The notes under the pieces are model-generated. The model made no database searches. It saw only the letters and a program-made list of their open reading frames with translations, and was not told the DNA's origin. Shown one piece after another: positions 49,832 to 64,000 of a DNA stretch of 64,000 bases. Position 1 is the stretch's first letter. Each line of letters begins with the position of its first letter. The stretch is from Salpingoeca rosetta (taxonomy: Eukaryota; Protista; Choanoflagellata): contig JAWQFM010000036.1 in NCBI GenBank assembly GCA_033442325.1, positions 124,354 to 188,353 on the forward strand. Reading direction: 5' to 3'. Both the position numbers and the translations under genes were made by a program.

Positions 49832-50602
49832 CACACACACACACACTAACACGCAGACACGTGGCATCACACCACGTACCGGCGATGGAGAGGGCGAGAA
49901 CGACGAGGCAACCCAGGTACACGAGCTTGCGCTCCTGCAGCTCATCCTTCTGGTACATTCGCAACAGCAGATAGAACTAACGCAATCGAAAGACAAAGAC
50001 AGTGACAGGTGCAGTCATTACACAATGAATTTCACTGATCGTGCTTGCTTGGCGTTGGTGGTAGTGGTGGTGGTGGTGGTGGTGTACACAAGCACTGATG
50101 TGTTGCCTCCGAAGGAGAAAAGCAACAGTGGACGCGCACACCCTGGTTTGCATTACAGCGTAACCGTGCACACTTCCGTCACTGTCCCCTCGAACCTCGG
50201 ATCCTTCCCCTCCTGAAACTGCACCACCCCCACCCCCCCCCCATCACGCACGTGAACGGCGGCGAGAATGATGACGATGCCCAGGATCAAGTGCTGAATG
50301 TGGTACTGGATGCCAAAGGCAACGCACACGCCCGTCGCCGCAACAGCCAGAAGCAGCGTGCCATACGACACGGCCTGTGATGATGATGAGACATTGAAAC
50401 GTGGTTGGAAGTGGGCCGGGTGAATCAAACACATAAAATGAATGACATTCACACACAGAGAGAGAGAGTCAACACGTGCAAGTCTTCACACACAACACAC
50501 GCAACACACACGCACCTTCTCGAGGGTGTGGATGGATCCGCTCTCCACTCGTTTTGGGAACAGCTCTGCGCCCGTCAGTGGGCTCTTCTCGTACCCAGAC
50601 AT
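48431..50602 (-). CDS. TMEM243-like 3-TM membrane protein with extra Cys-containing C-terminal domain, 7 exons
   Basis: In-frame spliced model MSGYEKSPLTG...|AVSYGTLLLAVAATGVCVAFG...LILGIVIILAAVH|FYLLLRMYQKDELQERKLVYLGCLVVLALSIA|GILYGVGW...|IVPAKSCYHAI|GSGG...WIQ|TCTNTKEVSWKCPK*. The Y..(G/D)(D/E)L..RKL(I/V)Y loop resembles TMEM243. Confidence 0.65.
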
Positions 50603-50623
50603 GCTTCTCTGTCTGTGTGTGTG

Positions 50624-50711
<88 letters not shown>

Positions 50712-50900
50712 GTTTTGCTTTCACTGCAGAACCTGGTTCGCGCAAAACAAGAAAGCAGAGGTAAGCAAACACAGTGAGATTCGCACACCATGTCGTGATG
50801 CTGCTCTGCTGTGACATCGTGGCACAGCACACACACACACACATGCACACACACATGCACACACATGCACACACATGCACACACACATGCACACACACAT

Positions 50901-50953
<53 letters not shown>

Positions 50954-51017
50954 CACGCACACACACACACACACACACGCACCTCTCACTGCTGCTTTGC
51001 TCCCCTCCAATCGAAAA

Positions 51018-51064
51018 TGAGTCATGCTGACGTAGACTGATTTCAGTCGAGACTGACTTCAGTC
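51018..51064. promoter_or_regulatory. Cluster of palindromic motifs: TGAGTCA (51018-51024), TGCTGACGT, and two tandem GACTGA-N2-TCAGTC (51035-51048, 51051-51064)
   Basis: Motifs read directly in the divergent intergenic region; regulatory function is inferred. Confidence 0.35.
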
Positions 51065-51452
51065 ATGCCTGCTAAGAGTTTGCCTGCACGCACCACCAAA
51101 CATCAACGTTGGTGCACGAACCTCACTCACGCTTCCAACATCACGACGCTCGACGACGATGGGTGCGTGCACCTGGTGTGTATTTTTTGCATCAGGCAAC
51201 CACGCCACACGAAGCCGTGGCGACTTGATGGCTCGCCTTTATGTTCTTGAATAAGCTCCCTATTCTGGTCTCTCTTCCAGTCTCCCTGTCGCCCTTACGT
51301 CTCATCTCATGATGTGTGCACGCACACCTCGAGCCATGATGCCAGAGGTACATGCATGCACACAATGTTCCCTCCTCAGCATGTGGTCGTCTCAGCATGT
51401 GTTCGTGCTTCCTTCTACACCCTCTTTCTCTCTCTCTCTCTCACACACACAC

Positions 51453-51488
<36 letters not shown>

Positions 51489-52438
51489 TGTGCTATCTGT
51501 GCACGCACTCCCCCTGCAAGCTCAGAACCGTGATCTTGATCCGATTTGGTTCCTTGCCGTGTGCATTGGCTGCCGGATCTATTGTTTTCCGCACGCTATT
51601 CTGCGCTTCTCTCTCACACAGCGAGACACGCACACGCGCAGACACACATGTGAACATGCACGCACACATGCACGCACATAAATACAACACACTCACTCAA
51701 AGGGCCTGCACGCACAGCACAATGGAACAACCACCACCGTTACCCTTTGCTTCTGAGTGCACACGGGCAGGCAACCACGCATGCACTCCCACACGAGCAC
51801 GGGCAGCAGTGCTGACGGGCTTGTGCCGTGATGAATTTCTGGCACGACATCCACGCCGCGTTGATTGCATCCACCAACATCTCCTCAGCATCGCACGCCA
51901 ATCACACACACACCAACTGGCGCTTCTGCACCTGGGATGCTCATTTCCGTCTCCATTCGGCCCTGGTGTAAATGAACATCGTCATCAGCAGCATCAGCGG
52001 CATCAGCAGCACCCTCACCGTGAACATCCACAGAGCACCGTGGAGCCGCGGCACTACATCGAACCGAGTGACAAGTGCACAGCTCATTTACCAACGTGAT
52101 ACTTGTTCGAGTCACCAGCCACCATCAATCGACCTCCCCGCCTTCCTACGCCAAACAACAGCCCCCTTCTTCGACGCCACTCCGCTTGACAGCCATCTCG
52201 TCACCACCCCTCCCACACACAACCCGGTCGTTTTCAAGACCCTCTTCCATCTCAGCAATCGAGCACCCACATCCACAGACGCACAGAGCCCCATCCAGAC
52301 ACCGGTCCAACAACGGCAACAGCAGCAACACACTTTGTTGTCTTGCAGTTCCCTCTTCACAAGCACTCGTATTCACGTGTCACGCATATCCACGCATACC
52401 CACGCGTCCACACCCCGCCTCCATCTCTCGCTTTGAAC

Positions 52439-53027
52439 ATGGCACGACGGAGACGCTTTGCGGTGGGCGGCCTGGCTACGGTCGCTACATCGATGCTGGT
52501 GGTCCTCGTGTTAGCTGGGGCTGGTGCCAAGGGCGCTGACGATGGCCACTGTGCAGAGTACGCGTATGACCTTGAAGGCTGCAAGGCCGACTACGCCTGC
52601 CAGGTTGGAGGCACGTGCGTCACGCAGCAATCTGCCTGCGACCAGGTGTACAGGACCGGTTGCGAAAAGGACGCTGGCTGCTACTGGGACTATCGCGGCC
52701 TGTGCGTCGTCCTGCCTTACGACTGCTCTCACATCACGGTGCGTTGTTGGCCCTTGATTCGATGTTCTGGTCTGTTCGCAAGTGCAAGGAGGACAAAGGG
52801 AGGAAAGCAGACGGGGAGAGGGGAATGGAAGGCGGCGAGAGGGAAGGAGAAGAGGCAAGCGATTGTGGAGTTGTTGTTTGGTGGAACCATTTGTTGTGGA
52901 TGGCTGTTACGCTGGCAATGTTGTATGAGCTCACTTGCTGCCCCCCCCCCTTTGTGGTTATTTCCTCACGTATTTGTTCGCCCACCTTTGTCTCACCTTA
53001 ATTTGTTCGTACTTCGTCCTTGACGTC

Positions 53028-53108
<81 letters not shown>

Positions 53109-53344
53109 CTTGGGGTTGCTGTTTGCGTTTTGTTAGGACATGACACAGTGCCAGTATGACAAGCACTGTGCGTGGCAGCCCAGTTGCGAGGCCAAGACTT
53201 GCAACAACTACTGTGCCATCAAGGATGACATCTGCAACACGTACGCCAGCCAGCACGACTGCCAAGCAACATATGGATGCGCGTGGTCCGACGGCGCGTG
53301 CGCGGCAGCAATCAACGACTGCGCCAACCTGGTGTGTATCCGCA

Positions 53345-53423
<79 letters not shown>

Positions 53424-54360
53424 CTGTGTGTCTGCGTGCGCGCGTCGAGGTTGTCTGGGTGTTGCGTGTGGACGTTTGTTTGTGTGCAAGTACAGCTACA
53501 TGTGTTTGCATGGAAGTGTGTTTGCGTAGAGGTGTGTTTGTCTGGTTCTTGCCTGCAGCTTCCCCAGTTTGCCCTCACCTGTCGTTGCACTCACTCTTGG
53601 AATCCATCATCATGCCTTGTCTCAATCCCCGTCTTGCGTCCAGGAAATGGCTGCATGCGACTACAACTCCAACTGCGAGTGGACGAGCGACTGTGGACAC
53701 AACACCGCCTACACCACAACACGACAGAAGCAGCAAGCATACACCACGACTCAGCACAAGCAGCAAGCATACGGCACCACAACAGCGTACCAGGCTCCGG
53801 AACAACGCTACACCAGCACGAAGCAGGCAGAGTATGCCACGCAGCCCGCCTACCCACGCTACACGCAGCAGCAGGCGTACACAACAGCAGCAGAGGGCAA
53901 GTACGACACTACCACCAAGGGGCAGCAAGCGTACATGCAGCCACCTGTCTACACGACAACTACGCATCCACCCGTGTATACCACGACGACACGGCCGCAC
54001 AACAACAAGTACACCACCCAACCGCCATACACCACCACCACCACCACCACCACGACAGCTTACGAGGCGCCCAAGAACCACTACCCCACCACTACCGCCT
54101 ACCAGCCTCCACACTACACCACGGGCGACCCATATGCCAATGCCGACAACGGTGACAACAGCATCAACAACAACTCGGGCGCCTCTGGTGCTGCTGGTGA
54201 TGCGAGTGCAGGCCTCTCTGCTGGCGCCATTGCCAGTATTGTCGTTGGCGCGGTGGTGCTTGTTGCCGCTGTTGTTGCTGGCGTCGCTGTCATGGTGGCG
54301 AAGACCAAGAAGCGGCAGGCTGATGGTGGTATCATGCCAACCACAGCCGCTGACATCTGA
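52439..54360 (+). CDS. Type I cell-surface protein: signal peptide, 5 four-Cys repeats, Tyr/Thr/Pro/Gln mucin-like stalk, TM helix, short tail
   Basis: Phase-0 exons 52439-52738, 53137-53331, 53644-54360. Repeats C-x7-9-C-x5-C-x-W-x3-5-C (the first unit lacks W). TM LSAGAIASIVVGAVVLVAAVVAGVAVMVA followed by KTKKR. Confidence 0.85.
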
Positions 54361-54561
54361 AGATCTGAGCATGGTAGCTGGCTGTCGTTGGTTGGTTGGT
54401 TGTCGTTGATTGTCGTTGGTTGTCGTTGTGCGCTGTGATGCGTGTGTGTGTGTGTGTGTGCGTGCGTGCGTGTGTGTATGTGTGTGTGCGCGCGTGCATG
54501 TATGTGTGTGCGTGCGTGCGTGTGTGAATGTGTGTGTGTATGTGCGTGCGTGCGTGCGTGC

Positions 54562-54625
<64 letters not shown>

Positions 54626-55437
54626 CGTTTTCAGTCTCTGTTGTCTGCTGTGAGGCTGTGCATGCATGTTGTGTCTTTCACATTCGTTTTGTCACCCCTT
54701 GCTGGACAAGCCGTTTGTACTCGCGTCACAATGTTTTTCGTCATTTGCATTGGCCTGCCCTTTCCCTACATCCCCCCTCCCTTCCATCATGTTCGCTTGC
54801 CTGCAAGCATCGCATTGTTGTTTCGTTTTCTGGATGTGGTTGCGTGTTTCTAGTTTCACCCACCTACACATTCAGGAATGCATGAACGAACAAACGAATG
54901 AATGCAACTGACATGAGCACAACCGTGTGACGTGGGTTGTATGTTTACTACAGGCGACTATGTGGTGTTGTTGCATGGGAGCATTGAGAACAGACGTGGC
55001 AATGCGAGTACACCGTATGAAGGAAAACAAAAAGGGAAGAGAAAGGGGGGAGGGGGTGAAGAAAGGATAGAAGAAGGATGAAAAGGAAGAAGGAAGAAAG
55101 AACAGGCGACATGCCAGAGCACGCAACAAGAACACGCAACAAGAGCAAAGGAAAGATATGCTTGTCGAAGCGTGACGTGGTAGCGTGGTGTATGGCACGC
55201 ACTGCCAGAAATGGGGGATTGGACATGGTAACGGAAGGCGATGGGCTGTTGTGGAGCCGTGGCGATGTTGATGCTGATGCTGATGTTGATGTTGATGTTG
55301 ATGTTGATGTTGAAGGTGGAATGTACCACGACATTGATGTGTGGTTGACGTGTGTGAATGGTGAATGTTGACTACGATTGACAGATGAGGCGAACCGCTG
55401 CTGTGGTTGCATCATGCCGTGCTGCCTGATAGCACGC

Positions 55438-58111
<2,674 letters not shown>

Positions 58112-58687
58112 CTTGCTTGATCAACTTGTGCAATTCCAACAAAAAAACAAAGCACGCGGATTTGTCACGTAAATCATGTAATGATGTTCTGCGATTCCTG
58201 GCCTTGGTGCATTTACTGCATGACACAGCCAATATTCTACACCGCATCAACGCAACATCAACGATGCATCGAAGATGAGGAGCGAAGGTTGTGGTGGTGG
58301 TCCTTCCGTTGGCCCAGTCTATGTTCACAAGCCTGCAGGCAAAAAGCGTGTGACATTACGTGAGCAACCCAGCCCCGTTGTTCCTGCACGAAGGCTGCAT
58401 GCACGTCCGCGAATTCCCACAAGGATGCTGTGCTGAGAGAAGAAGAAGGGAAGAGAAGCAAAGAAGGATTTGACTGGCAGCCTGCCACTTTGGTCACGCA
58501 CCACACGTCAGGCCAACCACTCGCTCGCTCTCGCTCTCGTGCGTCCATTCACTTTTAATTGTCTCCCCCCACCCGAGACGAAACATCAGACGAACACGCA
58601 ACGGCAACCGCTGGCTGTTTAATAAAGAGGTGGGTGAGTTTGCTCATGCTGACGTGAGAACGGCGAGTGTGTGTGTGTGTGTGTGTC

Positions 58688-58718
<31 letters not shown>

Positions 58719-59040
58719 TGCTTGTCTAATTCTGGTGTCAGCGCAGTGCTGGTGGTGCTTGTGCTGGTGGTCCTTGCCACTAACCACAGTTATCATCGTG
58801 GGTCGCTCCCATTTTCTCAACCCTTCTCTTGCCGTATCTTATCTCTCATCGCACGCACAGCCGCACGCACACGGATACACGCACCAAAGCACAGCAAGCA
58901 AGGCACGCAAGCGGAAGCCGTTTCTTCCTCTGGGCACCAGCGGCAGCAAACGCGCTTTGAGGTGAGCGAGTTTGTGGGATAAGTTTGGGACATGTGGTTG
59001 GTCATGGCGGGAACTTGGTTCGTGCCACCCAATCATCATG

Positions 59041-59117
<77 letters not shown>

Positions 59118-59511
59118 ACACCTTTGACACACAGGAGCGAGTGTGTGCTAACTTGCTCTTTTCCCCTTCTGCGATGACATTTCTTTGCTCTCTGCCGCAC
59201 ACGCACACATATGCTCGCAAGCACGCTTGTCTGACCTCATCTTCCCCTTCGTTCTCGTTTCGGTGTTGGCTGTTCGCCTGCCGGTCGTGCGTACGCTCAC
59301 CCCCTGCATACACATACACCAACACACTCACACACATACACTCACACACATACACACACACTCACACACACTCACACACACACACACAAGACGACAATAG
59401 CAGACGACAGGATAGACAAGGACAGCCTACCCCCTTCACCAACGCACAACACACACAGACACACAGACACGCACACGCACACACACACACGCCTTCATCA
59501 ACACTGGGAAG

Positions 59512-60329
59512 ATGGCGCGATCCGTCTCCACACACACACACGCGCACATGCGCGGCGCATCGCTCGTCCTCGTGGGCCTGTTCCCGCTGCTGCTGTCGTT
59601 CATCCTCGTCCCGGGCGGCACCATGATGATGGAGACGGCGAAAGCAGATGCGCTCGCAGACTTCAACCGCGTGTATGAGGCGCTCAACGTGACGTACTTT
59701 GGCGGCGTCACCAAACCCATGGCCGACCGCATCTTCTCGCGCGCTGATATCCCGCACATGATCACCATCCTCAACATGGGGGCCGCCTTTGAGCGGCAGG
59801 ACAACACGGTGGTGTTCCTCGGGTACCTGTCCAACGACTCAGACCCCACGGTCGGTGCGCTGCGGCAATACTGGGACAACTTTGCAACGGTGACGACGCC
59901 GGCTGCACGGCGCTCGGCACTGCTTGTTCCGCACGCGCTTGGACTCATGGCGCAACTCACGGAGTCGCAGGAGGCCCTCAGCTTCATGCAGGACATGCTT
60001 GCTGACCTGAACAACCCCATCACGAACCTGCTGCACGCCATCCTGCCCAAGCTGTCACCCGACATGGGGGAGCAGGAGGAGCTGCTCACGGGTCTCGTGA
60101 AGCAGCTGTTGCGTGGCCTCTCGTTCTACAACGGCACCATCCTCGCCACCGCCGTGCAGCTGCTCGACGACACGCTCGACCTTGTTGTTGGCGACGACGG
60201 CGTTCTCGATGGCCTCACGGATGTGGTGGACGACATTGTTGGCGGTCTGCTCGGCGGCAGCGGCAGCACCGACAGCTCCCGCCCCCTGGACGGCGAAGGT
60301 GTGTGTGTCTGTGTGGGTTGGGGGGGGGA

Positions 60330-60381
<52 letters not shown>

Positions 60382-61125
60382 TGTGTTTGTGTGTGTGTGT
60401 GTATGTGTGTGTTTGTGTGTGTGTGTGTGTGTGTTTGTGTGTGTTTGTGTGTGTGTGTGTATGTGTGTGCTCTGTACGTGGTTCGGCTTTGCCAGTTCTC
60501 AGCTCACTCCTCCACTCCCTTCTCCATACATGCATGTGTGTGTGTGTGTGTGTGTGCAGAGGGGGATGACGGGTTCTTTACGTTTCTCTTCGGCAGCCGG
60601 CGACGACGTGGTGTGGCGCCAGCAGACGACAGTCCACGTGAGCACCTTTGCTCGTCAATCGTGATGATGCGAATGTGTTGATATGTGTGTGTGTGCGTGT
60701 GTGTTGCTCTGTCGCTCACACCGCCCCCTGTCCAATCCCACTTACTCACACACAAACAGAGACTGAGAGCATAGTGCTTGACTACTGCCAGCACACGGGC
60801 GTATCGGATGCGTTCACCAACAGCGACGTCGACCGCGTGGCAGCGGTTATGACCAGCGTCGCATCGTCGTCCCAGGCCTCGTTCGACGTCGCGTGCTGCC
60901 TGGAGTTCACCAACGGCGGGGAGGGTGCTCGGTTTGGACTGCAGGGTGATGGTCTCTCTGTTGTCGACAACAAGCGCGAGGCAGCCGTTGTCTTCAACCA
61001 GGGGTGCGGTCGCATCAAGGTGCGCTGATGCGCGGTGCTGCGATGTCATCTTGCCGACGGAGTTCGGAAGAGAGGGGGCGGGGGCGGGGTGAGAGAGAGT
61101 GTGTGTGTGTGTGTGTGTGTGCATC

Positions 61126-61158
<33 letters not shown>

Positions 61159-61196
61159 GTGCTGTGCGTGTGTTCTGTGTGTGTGTGTGAGTGTGG

Positions 61197-61232
<36 letters not shown>

Positions 61233-61933
61233 CATCTGTGTTGGTCGTCAATGCCACCGCACTCTCACCAATACACCTCTGCTCACTCACCAACCACAAC
61301 CAATACCAACACCACCACCAACACCTCCTCCACCGAACACATCAATCAAACCACCAGATTGTGAATGTGATCAACTACTGTGGGCAGCCGGCCTCCAACG
61401 TCATTGGCTGCGCGCCCGTCGGCGGCGACACGGAGATGCTCGTCCGTCTCTCCAGTCACCAGAGCGACGCACGCCTCTGGCTGCACGAGGTGCGTGCTGC
61501 TTTTTTTTGCTTGTTTGTTGGGTGGTTTGGTGTGATTGTGTTTTGTTGTGGTTGTTGTGGTTGTTGTGATTGTGTTGTGCTTGTGGTTGTGGTTGTGATT
61601 GTGTTGTGATTGTGTTGTGTTGTGTTGTGGTTGTTGTGGTTGTTGTGATTGTGTTGTGGTTGTTGTGATTGTGTTGTGTTGTGTTGTGGTTGTGTTGTGC
61701 TGTGTTGTCTTGTGTGGCTATTCCTTTCGTCCATTCCAACCTCTCCTCGCATCCTTCCACCTTTCTCTCGCATCCTTCACCCACCTCCATCCCATCCTTC
61801 ACACCATCGTCATCGTGTGTCATCAGACTGGACACAACGTCGGTCTCGGGCACAACCGCGACAGTGCCGATTACATCATGTATCCAACGCTCACCGGCAA
61901 CCTCAACGGTGAGCACGCAGCCCACATGTCTCT

Positions 61934-62012
<79 letters not shown>

Positions 62013-62518
62013 CGTGTGTGTGTGACGTGTGTGTGATGTATGCGTGTTTGTTGGTTTGTTTGAGCCTGATATGTGTGTGTGTGTGTTTCGTCATTCTGAT
62101 GACGATTGTAAACGTACCTGCACCTCTCGCCCACTGCGATCCCCTCACCCCCCCCCCCGCCCTCTACCACCTCCTCTCCCACTCACCTTATCACCATCAA
62201 CAATAACACCGGCCGACAGACAACTTTGCGTTGACGTTGGAGGAGTGCGGTGCGTTCCACTCGCCGCCGCCAACAGCGCGCGTGCAGATTTCAGCCACAA
62301 ACGCCACGTGTGCATCCGTCCAGCAGCCACCCGGCAGTGGCGATGGTGATGACGACGATGGAAACGGCGGTGGTGGTGGTGGCGGTGGCAGCAGCGATGG
62401 CAGCAGTGGTCTGCTCACTGGCGCGACGAGCTGGGCGGTGTTTGGTGTTGGCATTGCACTCGCAGCCGTGGCCGTTGTCGTCGTGTCTGTCTTTGCACGC
62501 GCGAGGGCAGGCAGGTGA
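59512..62518 (+). CDS. Membrane-anchored metzincin (matrixin-like) zinc metalloprotease with long pro-region and RRRR site; start 59512 or 59548
   Basis: Exons 59548-60298, 60560-60637, 60760-61019, 61358-61489, 61827-61908, 62220-62518 splice in frame. Signal peptide; SRRRR|G; WLHE|TGHNVGLGH (HExxHxxGxxH); Met-turn YIMYP; C-terminal TM WAVFGVGIALAAVAVVVVSVF then ARARAGR*. Confidence 0.9.
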
Positions 62519-63136
62519 TTTGGAAGCACACGGGGCAAGTGAGATGGGAGGGGGGAAAAGAACAAGATGAGAAGAAGGAGGAGGAGGAGGAGGAGGTGAT
62601 GGGTGATGGGATGGTGGGTGGTGGCTTTGAGGGGCGCGATGTGCTGATGGTGAATGGTGTGACCCCGAGGAGTGCAGAGTGAAGGGACTGCGAGATGTGC
62701 GTGTGTTGTTGATGGATCATGCACACCATCAACTGTGACGTTGTTGCCATCATTGCCACCAATTGCATCAGGGGTTATGTTGCATTTTGCTTGCTTGTTG
62801 CCGTCTTTGGGCCGCACCTTATCTTGCTTTCTCAACAACGTGTGTGTGTGTGTGTATGCATGCGTTGTTTGTGCGTTGTTATTCCACCGGTGGAAAGTAT
62901 AAACCTCAAAGTATCCGTATCAGCGTCAGGATTATGCTTGCAGGCAACAAGCACGTGAAGATGAGTGATGGGGCAATCGGGTGCGGCATAAACCAACAAC
63001 TACACGTGCACACACACACATGTGCATGTGCATGGCTGCTGATGTGCATAGGGAAGGTAACTGTGTATTGATTGATCACGCAAGTAAGCAAGCAAGGTAA
63101 CATGTCACGCAAGCAACTAAGAAACACACAAGCCAT

Positions 63137-63168
<32 letters not shown>

Positions 63169-63797
63169 CCGTGTGTCTGTGATTGGGACAGACAGACAAG
63201 AGGAAACCAATGCAGCCACAGAGAGAACGTTGCACAAGCGAGACAAGCAAGGAACAAACAAAAGAACAAAAGACGCATGATAAACGAGCGAGCAGATGAT
63301 GACACGTGGGCGAGCAGTTGAAAAGGTAATGGAGATGGAGAGAGAGAGAGAGAGACACTAGGGCACAACGTGGAACCGCCTGGTATTGTTGCTGTTGCTG
63401 TGCATGCGTGTGTGTGCATGTTGGGGCGACAAGCGTGGTGCGGGTAAAAGAAACACAAGCGATACAGATAGAGAGATGGAGCGGAGGGGTAGGTGGTGTT
63501 GTGGGGTTGGGTGCCACGGTGTGCCAAGGCGCAGACAAGGGGGGAGGGGTGAACGGACACAACCCCGACGCAAAGTGCACGTGGACACGAATCCATCATG
63601 CCAACGACCATCGCAAACACCAACCACTTGAACACGACAGCAACCAAAGATACGCACAACAACGCCATCGTCCGCACCCCCCCCCTGTCAAACACACAGC
63701 CAGTGCACACACGCATCACCAACACGAAGAGCAACGCCGACAAGGGTCACGGCGCATGGGAATGGTGGTGGTGGTGGTGGCGGTGGTGGTGGTGGTG

Positions 63798-63920
63798 TCA
63801 GATGGACGGTGCCGATGTCATGACGGCTGGCGCTGCCTGTGTTTCGTCCGTCGGGTCATACAGGAGGTTTTGGTTCTGTGATGCGATGCGGATGTGGTGT
63901 GGATCCATCTTGATCTTCAG

Positions 63921-63921
<1 letters not shown>
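63798..63921 (-). CDS. Probable terminal exon of an unknown gene extending past the right edge (LKIKMDPHHIRIASQNQNLLYDPTDETQAAPAVMTSAPSI*)
   Basis: CAG acceptor after a (CA)n tract, coding-like frame to TGA. Confidence 0.45.

Positions 63922-64000
<79 letters not shown>

Noticed and set aside
58735-58800. Hydrophobic SAVLVVLVLVVLAT segment as an alternative signal peptide for the metalloprotease
   Set aside because: No in-frame ATG or in-frame splice path found; treated as probable 5' UTR.

Overview
Eukaryotic, intron-rich, GC-rich, microsatellite-saturated draft scaffold with 8 N-gaps. Gene content and repeat style suggest a choanoflagellate such as Salpingoeca rosetta (inference, not tested). 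I rebuilt spliced gene models by hand from GT/AG boundaries and family motifs I recognise; no database searches were run. In order: first exon of an unknown gene (-); UTP4/cirhin with an N-terminal (TPAK)x18 extension (+); a 5'-less, internally scrambled ETF-alpha (-) joined back-to-back to the 5'-less 3' half of a bacterial-type RNase D-like gene (+); OTU1/YOD1 (-); a secreted pectinacetylesterase/Notum-family esterase (+); OSTF1 (-); a PH-domain low-complexity protein (-); SWI5/SAE3 (+); a Q-rich protein with a C-terminal C4 zinc finger (-); bleomycin hydrolase (-) divergent from serine racemase (+); an intronless PPR protein (+); an orphan MRPS28-like last exon (+); a TMEM243-like protein with a Cys-rich tail (-); a Cys-repeat/mucin type I surface protein (+); a GH25 lysozyme (-); a membrane-anchored metzincin with an RRRR cleavage site (+); and the last exon of another gene (-). 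Best leads: (1) the MT-MMP-like but non-MMP metzincin and its cell-surface/antibacterial neighbourhood, (2) introns whose two ends carry mutually complementary simple repeats, (3) the ETFA/RNase D junction, and (4) pre-animal Notum-like and serine racemase genes. No rRNA, tRNA, CRISPR array or intact transposon was recognised.
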